From IMG/VR virus record IMGVR_UViG_3300007960_000019: 64,000 nt of DNA; one strand, given 5' to 3'. The translations under genes were made by a program, and so were the position numbers. Shown here in pieces: positions 41,270 through 51,779 of this stretch (position 1 is its first letter; every line of letters starts with the position of its first letter). This DNA is from an uncultured virus (IMG/VR IMGVR_UViG_3300007960_000019). Its lineage: Duplodnaviria > Heunggongvirae > Uroviricota > Caudoviricetes. The notes beneath the pieces are model-generated. The model saw only the letters and a list, made by a program, of their open reading frames with translations. It ran no database searches and was not told the DNA's origin.

Positions 41270-41563
41270 ATGAGCAAGACTAAGGTTTACGAAGAAATGA
41301 CTTCCGCATTCGAATACCAAGGAACCTCGGAGGCTGTCCTTATGGCTGGTCTCTCCTCGGAGGTTGGTGAGGTGCTTGCAGAGTGGCTCAAGGAGGAGCG
41401 ACTTGACCGTCACTATGGAGACCGTACTGAAGAGCTATTAGATGAGCTCTCCGACGTTCTTTGGTATGTCTCTCGCATTGCTGCGCGTAGGGGGACAGAC
41501 CTACATGCGTTAATGCGCCGTAACATCATCAAACTAGAAGAGAGAGAACTGAATGGCAAATAA
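41270..41563 (+). CDS. MazG-like NTP pyrophosphohydrolase
   Basis: GLSSEVGEV...DELSDVLWYV...N..KL..R. Confidence 0.85.
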   Translation: MSKTKVYEEMTSAFEYQGTSEAVLMAGLSSEVGEVLAEWLKEERLDRHYGDRTEELLDELSDVLWYVSRIAARRGTDLHALMRRNIIKLEERELNGK

Positions 41564-41969
41564 CTGGGATGATATGTACATGAAGATGGCTTACTGTGCA
41601 GCACACGCAAGTAAAGCCAAGAGGCGTCAGGTGGGAGCTATTGCTGTCAAGGATGGTAACATCATCGGTATCGGTATTAACGGTACACCATCAGGTTGGA
41701 TTACTAATGATGACACAGACCCTGATACAGGACATACCTGTGATACAGTACTACACGCCGAGGAAAACCTTGTAGCCAAAATGGCACGGAGTGGCACGAG
41801 TAGTGTAGGGGCTACGGTTTACTGTACCACGGCACCCTGTCTTAAATGTTCTAGGCTCTTGGCACAGTCTGGCATCTCTCGTGTAGTCTACTATGAACCT
41901 TATAGTGATGAGTCTGGTCTTGTCATGATGTCAATTCTTGGAATCGAAGTGGAGAAGTTCGATGGCTGA
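41553..41969 (+). CDS. dCMP deaminase
   Basis: RRQVGA, G.NGTPSG, LHAEEN and APCLKC motifs. Confidence 0.9.
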   Translation: MANNWDDMYMKMAYCAAHASKAKRRQVGAIAVKDGNIIGIGINGTPSGWITNDDTDPDTGHTCDTVLHAEENLVAKMARSGTSSVGATVYCTTAPCLKCSRLLAQSGISRVVYYEPYSDESGLVMMSILGIEVEKFDG

Positions 41970-42186
41970 TTACTACTATCTTAGCAAAGCAGGTAACGTT
42001 GTTGAGTGCTACGGTGAGGTATGTGATAATAGTAACTTTGAAGTTGTATGCGGTGATGAATGGAATGATTGGACATGTTTGGGTTGTAGTGCAGACGATT
42101 GGGAGGCCGTATGTCGATATGTCGAAAAACGAACACCCGATGTGCTTGAAATCTGTGCTTGCTAAGTTAAAGAAACTGTTAAAGTA

Positions 42187-42204
42187 AAATACGACGACCT
42201 AATG
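42187..42204 (+). promoter_or_regulatory. phage RNAP promoter, class A variant copy 4 (upstream of exonuclease)
   Basis: AAATACGACGACCTAATG, two substitutions relative to the other copies; intergenic. Confidence 0.75.
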
Positions 42205-42246
42205 ACTAAATGGGTCCGTTAAATATAATTATTAAGGAGGTCTATT

Positions 42247-42957
42247 ATGACCTTAGCAATCTATGATGGAGATGCACTTCTATATCAGGCTATCTGGGGA
42301 AATGAAAACCTAGAAGATGCTAAGTCTAAGTTTTCATCTATTTTTGATGAATTACAAGAATCAGTATTTGCCTCTGATCACTGCATGGCCCTCGGAGGAC
42401 CAAACAATTTTCGTTTAGTTCTTCATCCCGGTTATAAGGGACACAGGAAGAAGAACAATAAGCCTGATTGGTTTGATGACCTCAAACTATGGGCTTCAGA
42501 ACTTCCCGGTAGCCACTTATGTGATGGTTATGAAGCAGATGACCAAGTGCGTATCTGGGCTTTAGAGGCTGATAAGGCAGGTGTTAATCGTGTTGTTATC
42601 ACAGAAGACAAAGACCTAGACTGCATCCCCGGATGGCACTTCAAACCTCGTGCTCGTGTATTGTATGAGGTAGAAGAAAGCTATGCAGAATACTTTTACT
42701 GGAAACAGGTTCTTATGGGTGATAGTACGGATGCTATTCCGGGAATCCCGCGTTGTGGACCCGTTAAGGCTGACAAGCTATTCCACGGGCTTACTGAACA
42801 CAAAGACCTGAAAGCTGCTGTATGTAGGGCTTACCATGACTATTATGGAGAAGATGGTTATAATGCCTTGATCTGGAATGGTCGATTGATCCATATCTGG
42901 CGTCATATGAATGACCACTTTAGTATCTCTAGGGAACGTTACGATGCCTCAATCTGA
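42247..42957 (+). CDS. 5'-3' exonuclease (T7 gp6/FEN-like)
   Basis: DGDALLY, YKGHR, EADD, DKDL, GDSTDAIPGIP..GP..A. Confidence 0.9.
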   Translation: MTLAIYDGDALLYQAIWGNENLEDAKSKFSSIFDELQESVFASDHCMALGGPNNFRLVLHPGYKGHRKKNNKPDWFDDLKLWASELPGSHLCDGYEADDQVRIWALEADKAGVNRVVITEDKDLDCIPGWHFKPRARVLYEVEESYAEYFYWKQVLMGDSTDAIPGIPRCGPVKADKLFHGLTEHKDLKAAVCRAYHDYYGEDGYNALIWNGRLIHIWRHMNDHFSISRERYDASI

Positions 42958-43402
42958 TATTGGACATTGGAAGTGTTCTTTCGAGTTTGAACCTAGCAAG
43001 TGGTTCGGCTTCTTGTATTGTATTCAGAATACTGTAACTAACCAGTTCTATCTTGGAAAAAAGCAATTCAGGAATATGGGCAAGAAGTCTTCAAAACACT
43101 ATGGTAAAGAGATGAGCTGGAGAACTTATACTGGCTCATCAACTCACCTGAATAATGACATTAAGAAGTATGGGCATGATAAGTTCAAGTTCGTAATCAT
43201 TGATGTTTACAAAACAAGGAGTGGCCTTTCATACGCTGAAGCCTTCGTTCAAATGCTTGTTGAATGTATGACAACCTACTTAGAAGATGGTAAGACGCCT
43301 CGTTGGTATAATCGACAAGTGGCAGCTATTCGCTTTGTAACCAAGGAGACTCCTACCGAGCGTACTAGGAACTTTATCAAGAATGTAAAAAGGAAGTATT
43401 AA
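42944..43402 (+). CDS. GIY-YIG family endonuclease
   Basis: GFLYCI.N......YLGKK...W..Y.GSS...E...WYN. Confidence 0.75.
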   Translation: MPQSDIGHWKCSFEFEPSKWFGFLYCIQNTVTNQFYLGKKQFRNMGKKSSKHYGKEMSWRTYTGSSTHLNNDIKKYGHDKFKFVIIDVYKTRSGLSYAEAFVQMLVECMTTYLEDGKTPRWYNRQVAAIRFVTKETPTERTRNFIKNVKRKY

Positions 43403-43576
43403 TGTATAACCTATCTATTGCGCTATACTGGTCTAAGTTAGTAGCCCTACTACTCGGGTTAGCTAACGCTTTAGAAGTGATCCCCGGTAATCCACTTTCT
43501 AGTGTAATCCTGTTTTTGCTTTTCCAAGAGCTTTCAGAGTTATTCATGATAGTACACATTAAAGGATCAACAAATA

Positions 43577-45229
43577 ATGGGACGGATAGTAAATAAAAAC
43601 CAACCATGCGAGAAATGTGGAAGTAGTGACGCCAAGCAAGTCTACGAGGACAATTCTGCATTTTGCTTCTCATGTAGGTCTAACTACCCAGCTCCGAGAG
43701 AAGGTAGAACTATGAAACAAGAAGACTTCGAAGCGGTAGAAGACGACTCTTGGCTTTCCGTTACGGAGATTGCGTCAGAGTACCCTACTCGTGGTTTTAA
43801 GGAACGTAACATCTATAAACAAGTCGCCGAACATTACGGTGTAAAGGTGTCTTATGACCTTGATGGTGTTATTGATACCCACTACTACCCTTACTGTATA
43901 AAAGATGCTATTGTAGGTTATAAGATTCGTAAGCTGCCTAAAGAGTTTACCTCCGTGGGTAAAGTCCGGGGTGGTCTCTTCGGTATGCAGAACTACAACG
44001 GTGGTAAGCGACTTGTTATCACTGAAGGTGAGCTTGATGCTATGGCAGTTCAGTCTGCTTGGTATAAAAAATATAAGACCTTCTACCCTGTCGTGTCACT
44101 TCGTTCAGCGTCCTCTGTCAAAGATCTAATCGAACTACGTGACTGGGTTCGTAACTTTAACGAAGTAATCCTGTGGATGGACAAGGATGATGCTGGTGAA
44201 ACTGCGCTAAAGGAAGCTGCCCGTATCATCGGTTATGACAAAATCAAGGTTGTTCGTACGGCTGAGAAGGATGCTTGTGACCTGTGGATCAAGGAACCAG
44301 ATAAGGTTCTTACTTCCATTTATGATGCTACCAGCTTCACACCTGCTGGTATCTTAACTAAGGATCAACTCTGGTCTCAACTAGAAAAGTATAATGAGAT
44401 TGAGTCGGTGCCTTATCCACCCTTTATGACAGGCCTAAATGAAAAGCTAAAGGGGATGCGCTTCGGCGAGATTACTCTCTGGACTAGTGGTACAGGTAGT
44501 GGTAAGTCGACGCTCCTTCGGGAGATCGCTGTACATCTACTTCAAACGACTGAGGACAAGGTAGGTATCGTATCTCTAGAAGAAAGCCCCGCCGAGACAG
44601 CCCGTAAGATGGCTGGTATGGCTATTAATCGAAACCCTGCAAAAGAGGAAATTTCGCTAGATGAACTTAAAGTTGGTTATGACAAACTTTTTGGTAGTGA
44701 TCGCGTACTTGTCTTGGACCATCAAGGTAGTATCAGTGACGGTTCTATTATGGACTTTTTGGAGTATATGTGCCTTTCTGGAGCTAAGTACATCTTTGTT
44801 GACCACATTACAATCTTGGCTTCGGAAGGAGCAGAAGGTCTTACTGGAAACGAAGCCGTGGACCTGATTATGAACCAACTACTACGTTTGGTCAAGAAAT
44901 ACAATGTATGGATTGGCTTGATCAGTCACCTTCGAAAGACTGATAATAAGGGTAAATCCTTTGAAGAAGGGAAGCTCCCCTCTCTAGATGACATCCGTGG
45001 TTCAGGTTCTATTAAGCAGATTTCGATGGATGTAATTGCCTTCGCCCGTGACGTAGGTTCAGATAGCCACGAAGAGCGTAACACTATCGTGACAAAGGTC
45101 CTGAAGTGCCGTTATACAGGTCTTACAGGGCCTAGCGGTAGCCTTAAATACGATTTCGATACAGGACGCCTCTCGGCGGGTCCTGATTACACCGGAGAAA
45201 ACTATGATCAAGGGTTCCAGCGAGTATGA
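43577..45229 (+). CDS. primase-helicase (T7 gp4-like)
   Basis: Zn finger CEKC...CFSC, TOPRIM ITEGELDA / D.D.AG, helicase SGTGSGKST, VDHI, SHL and RGSGSIKQ. Confidence 0.95.
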   Translation: MGRIVNKNQPCEKCGSSDAKQVYEDNSAFCFSCRSNYPAPREGRTMKQEDFEAVEDDSWLSVTEIASEYPTRGFKERNIYKQVAEHYGVKVSYDLDGVIDTHYYPYCIKDAIVGYKIRKLPKEFTSVGKVRGGLFGMQNYNGGKRLVITEGELDAMAVQSAWYKKYKTFYPVVSLRSASSVKDLIELRDWVRNFNEVILWMDKDDAGETALKEAARIIGYDKIKVVRTAEKDACDLWIKEPDKVLTSIYDATSFTPAGILTKDQLWSQLEKYNEIESVPYPPFMTGLNEKLKGMRFGEITLWTSGTGSGKSTLLREIAVHLLQTTEDKVGIVSLEESPAETARKMAGMAINRNPAKEEISLDELKVGYDKLFGSDRVLVLDHQGSISDGSIMDFLEYMCLSGAKYIFVDHITILASEGAEGLTGNEAVDLIMNQLLRLVKKYNVWIGLISHLRKTDNKGKSFEEGKLPSLDDIRGSGSIKQISMDVIAFARDVGSDSHEERNTIVTKVLKCRYTGLTGPSGSLKYDFDTGRLSAGPDYTGENYDQGFQRV

Positions 45230-45770
45230 AGACTAATTATATGACAGAAAATGAACTTGTCTATATTAGCCTCATTATGCAACTACTAATAGATGGCAAG
45301 GCTAATCTGAACAACCTTAGCCCCGGTGTAAAAGGATTCTTAGAAGGAGTCATTAAGGAACACAACAGGGATCCCGAAGAAGAACTAAACTTTAACCTAT
45401 ACCATTATGCAACAGTAGCTTTTAACCAAGATAAAGAAGGAATGAACTAGTGAAAAAACTAAACGTTGAGCTAGACCCTAAGTTCGAGAAGGCTTGGGAG
45501 TATGTAAATAATAAGATGTACAATATCAAAAGTGTCGAGGACGTTAAGTTCTTTCTCTTTGAAAAACCAAGCATGGCCGTCCGATGGACAGCTGAAGAGC
45601 GTGAGTTCATGCTAGATGCTTGGTATGTAATTAAAACAGGTACTTGTTCACCAGAGAATAAGATGGTGCATGAGTCAGAAGAAGAAGTCGAAGAAGTTGT
45701 CAAAGATAGCCCCGAGTATACATCAAAGACAAAAAAGAAACGCAAAACTAAAAAATAATAAGAGGTTACT

Positions 45771-47516
45771 ATGACTGTAGAGAACGGAAATAAAATGGCT
45801 AACACATACTACGAAGGGCCTAAGCTGCCTATTTCCATCGAAATTGATGAAATAAAATACCGAGATGGGGATGAAACCTTTGACGGTAAGATTCGACGAC
45901 TAGCTCGTTCGATGTCTGATAATGCTGAACACGAAATGGAGTTGCAAGAGATTTTCGGTAATCTTCGTTTCCTGCCTGCAGGTCGTGTTCAGAATGCTAT
46001 GGGTTCGCGTAAAATCACTAGTGCATATAATTGCTTTGTATCAGGTGAAATCGAAGACTCAATGGATGCGATTATGACCCGTGCTGCGGAAGCTGCCGAG
46101 ACAATGCGTCGTGGAGGTGGTATTGGCTATGACTTCTCTAAGCTACGACCAAAAGGGGCTTTGATTAAATCTCTACAGTCCAAAGCCTCTGGTCCCGTTA
46201 GCTTTATGGGTATCTATGATGCTGTATGTCAAACTATTGCATCATCAGGTCATCGCCGTGGTGCTCAAATGGGGGTTCTCCGTGTAGACCACCCAGATAT
46301 CTTTGAGTTCCTACGAGCAAAACGAAATTCAGACAAGCTTACAGGATTTAACGTGTCTGTCGGTGTTACTGACCTCTTTATGGAGACACTTAAGAAAGAC
46401 GACGACAGCTTCGACTTAGTATTCGACGGTGTTGTCTATCGTACAGTATCTGCTCGTGAGCTATGGGACGAGATTATGCTGTCTACTTGGGATTGGGCTG
46501 AACCCGGTGTCTTATTCATTGACTGTATTAACTCTCAAAACAACCTATGGTATATCGAAACTATCGGTACAACAAATCCGTGCGGCGAACAACCACTTCC
46601 GCCAAATGGTGCTTGTCTTCTAGGCTCATTCAATGTTGTTTCTTACCTAGAAAAGAAGGGTGATGCATGGGTATTTGATTATACTAAGTTCAAAGCAGAT
46701 ATCCCTCATATTGTCCGTGCTATGGATAATGTTATTGACCGTACCATTTATCCACTTAAGGCTCAAGAAGATGAAGCTAAATCAAAGCGGCGTATGGGGC
46801 TTGGTCTAACAGGTGCTGCAAACGCAGGTGAGATGCTCGGCTTCAAGTATGGCTCCGAGGAATTCCTTGAGTGGCTGGAAGGTATTCTTAAACTACTTCG
46901 TAACGGCACTTACCGTGCTTCTTCCGACTTGGCTGCTGAAAAAGGAGCTTTCCCTCTTTGGGACGCTAAATGGCTAGACTCTGGTTTTGCTAAGACACTA
47001 CCATACCGTCTCCGTAAGCGAATCAAAGAGCAGGGTATGCGTAACTCTCACCTAACATCTATTGCGCCTACTGGTACTATTAGCTTGGTAGCTGAGAATG
47101 TGTCTAGTGGTATTGAGCCTGTGTTCTCTCACTACTACGACCGCACTATCCAAACCTTCGAAGGTCCAAAAGTAGAACGAGTATCTGATTTTGCTTATCG
47201 TAATGGCGTGAAAGGTGTTACTGCGAATGAGCTATCTGTCAAAGACCATGTTGCGGTATTGGCTCTATGCCAACACTATGTTGATAGTGCTGTAAGTAAA
47301 ACCTGTAACGTCGGTGATGATGTCACCTTTGAAGAGTTCAAGGATGTTTACTACAATGCTTGGGAACTAGGCTGCAAAGGTATTACAACATTCCGAGCAG
47401 CAGGTAAGCGTTATGGTATCCTCAATGAAGTGAAGGAAGAAGCAACCGAAGAAGAAGAAGGTGCGGAAGCTTGCTTTATTGACCCAGTAACAGGTCAAAA
47501 GGGGTGTAGTCTGTAA
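45771..47516 (+). CDS. nrdJ: class II (adenosylcobalamin-dependent) ribonucleotide reductase
   Basis: PAGR, NCFV, RRGAQM, TNPCGEQPL, CLLGS, IAPTGTIS; no beta subunit gene in the window. Confidence 0.85.
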   Translation: MTVENGNKMANTYYEGPKLPISIEIDEIKYRDGDETFDGKIRRLARSMSDNAEHEMELQEIFGNLRFLPAGRVQNAMGSRKITSAYNCFVSGEIEDSMDAIMTRAAEAAETMRRGGGIGYDFSKLRPKGALIKSLQSKASGPVSFMGIYDAVCQTIASSGHRRGAQMGVLRVDHPDIFEFLRAKRNSDKLTGFNVSVGVTDLFMETLKKDDDSFDLVFDGVVYRTVSARELWDEIMLSTWDWAEPGVLFIDCINSQNNLWYIETIGTTNPCGEQPLPPNGACLLGSFNVVSYLEKKGDAWVFDYTKFKADIPHIVRAMDNVIDRTIYPLKAQEDEAKSKRRMGLGLTGAANAGEMLGFKYGSEEFLEWLEGILKLLRNGTYRASSDLAAEKGAFPLWDAKWLDSGFAKTLPYRLRKRIKEQGMRNSHLTSIAPTGTISLVAENVSSGIEPVFSHYYDRTIQTFEGPKVERVSDFAYRNGVKGVTANELSVKDHVAVLALCQHYVDSAVSKTCNVGDDVTFEEFKDVYYNAWELGCKGITTFRAAGKRYGILNEVKEEATEEEEGAEACFIDPVTGQKGCSL

Positions 47517-47719
47517 ATATTATCAAATGGAGACATGTATTAATGAAATCACATCGTTATAAGACAAAGTACGGTATTCACCCAACCCTAGAAATCACTG
47601 CAAAGCTCCTAGGAATTAGTATTGAACGAGCAGAGGATTCTATTATCCGAAACACTGGTGAAATTAAGGTAGTATCTCTATAACTATAGCCTGAATAAGA
47701 TTCCAAACAACCAGAGGAA

Positions 47720-48427
47720 ATGGAAATGTTTAAGAACATTATTACAACTGTCGCCATCTTTACTGGCTCCACTATTGGGGCTTTTAGTGAGGTAATTGAC
47801 TATATGGAACACTCAATGTACGGTGAGGTGGTTCTATTCGCGGGTAAGATTGAAGAAGGATCTTCTGATCGCCTAGAGGTGTTCCTCACTACTCATCCTA
47901 CTGCAAAATCAATCATTCTTGTGTCACCGGGCGGTTCTAGCGAAGAGGGATATAAAATCGCTGAAGTCCTATCAGATCATAGTATGACTGCTATTGTACC
48001 TGACGGTTACACCTGTCTGAGTGCCTGTGCAGTCGGGTTTATTGGGGCAAATAACCATGTTGTAGATGGTATCCTTGGTTTCCATAATGCGTTTCTATCT
48101 GATTCTGGCCTCTTTTTGGCTGACCTCCATGAAGCTCTGGGGGGTTCCTCTAAAACAGCTCTAATCCTATTTGGTCAGTACCTTGGTGCAAAGTCAACGG
48201 TATTCTTTATTAAGAGTGGCTTTGAGCTGGAGCTTCCGATCATTATCGCCGGGTTCACTAACCCTAGTACTTTCCTCGTATTCACGTCTACCGAGGAGCT
48301 ATACCAGTTTAAAGCAGCTACTAGTAATATTGGCAGCTACACTGTTAGTAATGATTTCATTGATTTTATCTGGATTCAGGATCACCTGTGGGGATCTGAG
48401 AAACTTTCAGAGTATGAAAAGGATTAA
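47720..48427 (+). CDS. exported ClpP/crotonase-fold-like protein
   Basis: N-terminal signal-like segment; L.SPGG...G, CLSAC...F.G and LGFH motifs. Confidence 0.55.
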   Translation: MEMFKNIITTVAIFTGSTIGAFSEVIDYMEHSMYGEVVLFAGKIEEGSSDRLEVFLTTHPTAKSIILVSPGGSSEEGYKIAEVLSDHSMTAIVPDGYTCLSACAVGFIGANNHVVDGILGFHNAFLSDSGLFLADLHEALGGSSKTALILFGQYLGAKSTVFFIKSGFELELPIIIAGFTNPSTFLVFTSTEELYQFKAATSNIGSYTVSNDFIDFIWIQDHLWGSEKLSEYEKD

Positions 48428-48431
48428 ACCC

Positions 48432-48875
48432 ATGAACACTGCCCGCTTTTGGAAGTTTTGGACAGTAGAAGTACTTTTACTAGCAGCCCTAGCGATTGCT
48501 CTTGTATACTATGACGTATACACATTCCTGCTTGACAACGATTTCACTTATATTTCGATTGTCAACCTAACTATCCTAACCCTTAGCTCTTTTTGGGTTG
48601 GATTCGATATCGCCAACGGAAGGACCAAGGGTCGTGATACTCAGTGGTTCCTAGCAGATTCTGTCCTATCTTTAGGAATGGTAGGGACCCTTTTTGGGTT
48701 CCTTATCGTCCTGTACTCAACCTTTCATGGGATTGATGTTGGAGATACTGAATCTATGAAAAAGGCAATTGAGACTCTAGCTAGCGGAATGGGTACCGCA
48801 TTGATTACCTCTCTTGTTGGCCTGATCGCTTCTATCGTGATGAAGCTCCAACTTGTAATTCTTGAGGAACACTAA
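48432..48875 (+). CDS. MotA/TolQ/ExbB proton channel family protein
   Basis: LGMVGTLFGF...GMGTALITSLVGL. Confidence 0.8.
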   Translation: MNTARFWKFWTVEVLLLAALAIALVYYDVYTFLLDNDFTYISIVNLTILTLSSFWVGFDIANGRTKGRDTQWFLADSVLSLGMVGTLFGFLIVLYSTFHGIDVGDTESMKKAIETLASGMGTALITSLVGLIASIVMKLQLVILEEH

Positions 48876-48877
48876 CC

Positions 48878-49465
48878 ATGAGGAAGTACTCAAGCAATCT
48901 TGCATTTGTGGATCTACTTTTCAATCTTCTGGTAGGTTTTACATCTCTGTTAATTCTTGCTTTCCTCATGATCAACCCTATCTCGAAGACAGGTGAGGTG
49001 ACACCCCCTGTTAAAGCCTTTGTGGAAATTAAATGGGACTCGGAGAGTATCAGGGATATTGATCTTTTTGTAAGGGGTCCTGACGGTAATGTAGTATTTT
49101 ATGGTAATAAGGACGGGGCTTTCATGATCCTAGATCGTGATGACTTGGGCCTTTCTAATGACTCGTATCAGGTAAATGGTAAGAAAGTAATCATCAAGCG
49201 TAACTACGAGATTACTAACTTTACAGATCTACCTCCCGGAGAGTACGTAATCGCTGTATTCTACTTCTCTGCTATCGGTGAACCACTAGATGTAGATTTC
49301 AGTATTCGGACAGTTTCTCCTCACCATGTGGTTTACGAGGGTACTGTTGAGGGGTTGACCCCGAGGAAAGAGGTTACTGTCGTATCCTTTGTGGTAGATG
49401 AAATGGGAAACATCTCTGACCTAAATACAGAGTTGCAAATCCCAATTACAGGGAGAAAAAGGTAA
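48878..49465 (+). CDS. ExbD/MotB-like single-TM partner with YfaP-like periplasmic domain
   Basis: AFVDLLFNLL TM with conserved Asp; W....DIDL.V..PDG, LDRDD, NYE and PGEY. Confidence 0.65.
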   Translation: MRKYSSNLAFVDLLFNLLVGFTSLLILAFLMINPISKTGEVTPPVKAFVEIKWDSESIRDIDLFVRGPDGNVVFYGNKDGAFMILDRDDLGLSNDSYQVNGKKVIIKRNYEITNFTDLPPGEYVIAVFYFSAIGEPLDVDFSIRTVSPHHVVYEGTVEGLTPRKEVTVVSFVVDEMGNISDLNTELQIPITGRKR

Positions 49466-49894
49466 ATGGCTATCGTAACAGTACTTTGGTGCTTTGTTGC
49501 GCTATCGATGATCACTCTCACATACACTTCTGAAACCTACAGGATCATCAAACTCATTGCACTTCCAGTTTTTCTAATTGCTTCTTTAGTGTCTTACATC
49601 TTTTATCTAGAAGACCGAGGAAATCCTTCTGTAGGATACATCCCGGAAAACTCACAGTATGTTTTCCACCGGGTTACTAACGAGGAGACTATTGTGATCT
49701 GGATTACAACAGAAAAAGGAGACAGGCTCTATGTCATTCCCTACTCACGGGAGTCCGCGAAAGAACTAGAGGGGGCAAGGGAGAAGTCCGAGGAAGGGGA
49801 ACTTCAACGGGTAGAAAACAAAGGAGATAACTCTCAAGTGAAAACTGATGATTGGGAACCTCCTGATCAAAGTGGTCCGCCAAACAAGGGATGA
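49466..49894 (+). CDS. membrane protein
   Basis: Two N-terminal hydrophobic helices; coupled to the upstream gene. Confidence 0.55.
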   Translation: MAIVTVLWCFVALSMITLTYTSETYRIIKLIALPVFLIASLVSYIFYLEDRGNPSVGYIPENSQYVFHRVTNEETIVIWITTEKGDRLYVIPYSRESAKELEGAREKSEEGELQRVENKGDNSQVKTDDWEPPDQSGPPNKG

Positions 49895-50877
49895 TCTCTA
49901 TGTTCAATTTCTTCAAAACTAAAGAATGGTTTATCTGGTCTTGGGGTGGTGCAGCTGTAATTGTTGCATCACTTTGGTTTCAAGTTCAGCTAGACGTAGC
50001 TATTAATGAGTGGTTCGGCGGTTTCTACGATCTCATACAAACTGCGCTCAGCGGTGAAAGCTCCGTGACTATGGGAGAGTATATCACAGGTTTACTTAGC
50101 TTTGGTAAACTCGCAGGGGTTTATATCGCTGTAGCCTTATCCATTTCTTTCTTTACATCGCATTGGCTATTCCGGTGGCGTACTTCTATGGTTCAGAGGT
50201 ACCATGAACTGTTCGATAAAGCTCGTCATATCGAGAATGCTAGCCAAAGGGTTCAAGAAGATACTGTTAAGTTCTCTAGGATCATGGAAGGTTTAGGTAC
50301 CTCCTTCGTAGAAGCTATCATGATTCTTGTCGCCTTCTTCCCTATCCTAATGGGGTTGTCCTCTGGTCTTCAAGTTATGTTCTTCGGGGAGTGGGAGTAT
50401 GGTCTTGTATCTGCTGCCATTTTATGGTCTGTCGGTATTACTATTGTCCTTCTTGTTGTAGGACAGCTACTACGACTAGTTAGTATCGAGTATGACATTC
50501 AGGCTCGTGAAGCTTCTTACCGTAAGCTTCTTGTTATTGCTGAAGACGATGTTACTATTCGGCCTAAGCGTCTAAATGAACTCTTCGCGGAGGTCCGCTC
50601 TATTCACTTTAAGAACTATGCTAGGTATGCATGGTTTAATGTGGCTCGGTTATCATGCCTTCAAGCTAACGTTCTAGTTGGTTACGTTGTCCTAGGTCCA
50701 GCCATCGTAGCAGGTTCTATCACCTTAGGGGTAATGCAACAAATTCTAAGGGCTTTCGGTAAAGTTGAAGGTTCGCTAATGTACCTGTTCAAGTCTTGGT
50801 CAACTATCATCGAACTAATCTCTGTTTACAAACGTCTCAAGGAGTTTGAGAATGCAATTTATGAAAAAACTATCTGA
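49891..50877 (+). CDS. SbmA/BacA-like peptide transporter
   Basis: V.INEW.G.FYDLIQ.AL, SHWLFRWRTSM, IENASQRVQEDT.KF and ELISVYKRL..FE motifs. Confidence 0.88.
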   Translation: MISMFNFFKTKEWFIWSWGGAAVIVASLWFQVQLDVAINEWFGGFYDLIQTALSGESSVTMGEYITGLLSFGKLAGVYIAVALSISFFTSHWLFRWRTSMVQRYHELFDKARHIENASQRVQEDTVKFSRIMEGLGTSFVEAIMILVAFFPILMGLSSGLQVMFFGEWEYGLVSAAILWSVGITIVLLVVGQLLRLVSIEYDIQAREASYRKLLVIAEDDVTIRPKRLNELFAEVRSIHFKNYARYAWFNVARLSCLQANVLVGYVVLGPAIVAGSITLGVMQQILRAFGKVEGSLMYLFKSWSTIIELISVYKRLKEFENAIYEKTI

Positions 50878-51481
50878 AACCGAAGAAGAAGAAGAGACCA
50901 ATACCACCCCTAAACCTGAAGAAGTGAAGATGCCTCCCTTTGGAGAGGTTATTAGGAATAATGGTTTTCTCCGACTCTCAGGAGAGTTTGATAAAGATAA
51001 CATCGATCCTATTGTAACGAGTATTTACGACTACAACTTAATGGATGAGGAGGTTCGTCCAGAACGACTAACACTCATTATTAACAGCCCCGGTGGACGA
51101 GTAGACTACTGCAAGATGCTACTGGATGCAATGTGGATGTCTGACATTCCTGTTGATACTCTGGCCTCTGGTATTGCTATGTCTTGCGGTGTAATTACCC
51201 TGATGGCTGGTGCCCACCGTATGGCTACCCAGAACAGTGAGATTATGTCACACCAGTACGCAGGAGGTACAAGGGGTAAGGAACATGAGATCTACGGACG
51301 TATGCGTTCACATGAGATCATGTCCCGTTGGATTGAGGATCATTACAAATCCTGCACAGGACTAAGCCGGAAGAAGATCCGGAAAGAACTTCTATCACCA
51401 ACAGACTTCTTCATGACAGCAAAGGAAGCGAAGAAGTACAACATCATTGATGAAGTTATCAAAACTAAAAGGAACGTATAG
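50861..51481 (+). CDS. ClpP-like protease subunit
   Basis: IINSPGG, G.AMSCG (Ser), MSHQ (His), DFFMTAKEAKKY.IID (Asp). Confidence 0.85.
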   Translation: MKKLSETEEEEETNTTPKPEEVKMPPFGEVIRNNGFLRLSGEFDKDNIDPIVTSIYDYNLMDEEVRPERLTLIINSPGGRVDYCKMLLDAMWMSDIPVDTLASGIAMSCGVITLMAGAHRMATQNSEIMSHQYAGGTRGKEHEIYGRMRSHEIMSRWIEDHYKSCTGLSRKKIRKELLSPTDFFMTAKEAKKYNIIDEVIKTKRNV

Positions 51482-51779
51482 ATGGAAAAATTTGTTGGGA
51501 TGGCTGGGTATGTTATCGGTTATACAGTCGCTATTGCACTCAAGCTAGCCTACCTATGGGCAGGCATCCAAGTACTTCAGTATTTTAATCTAATCTAAGA
51601 GGCTATAACAATGTCAGATATCGAACTAGACCTAGAAGATATTACGGAAAACCTATTCGCAGACTTCGTGAATAACTATGAGTTAGACCCTGAAGGGTCG
51701 ATTAATGATATGCTCTTTGAGTTCTTCGCAGAAGGATTCATTGCAGCATTGAATATGGCTGAAGAATACGGAGAAAACG

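Noticed and set aside
48432..49465. Zorya (ZorAB) defence system
   Set aside because: The MotA-like protein lacks a long cytoplasmic tail, the partner has no OmpA-like domain, and no ZorC/D/E genes are adjacent.
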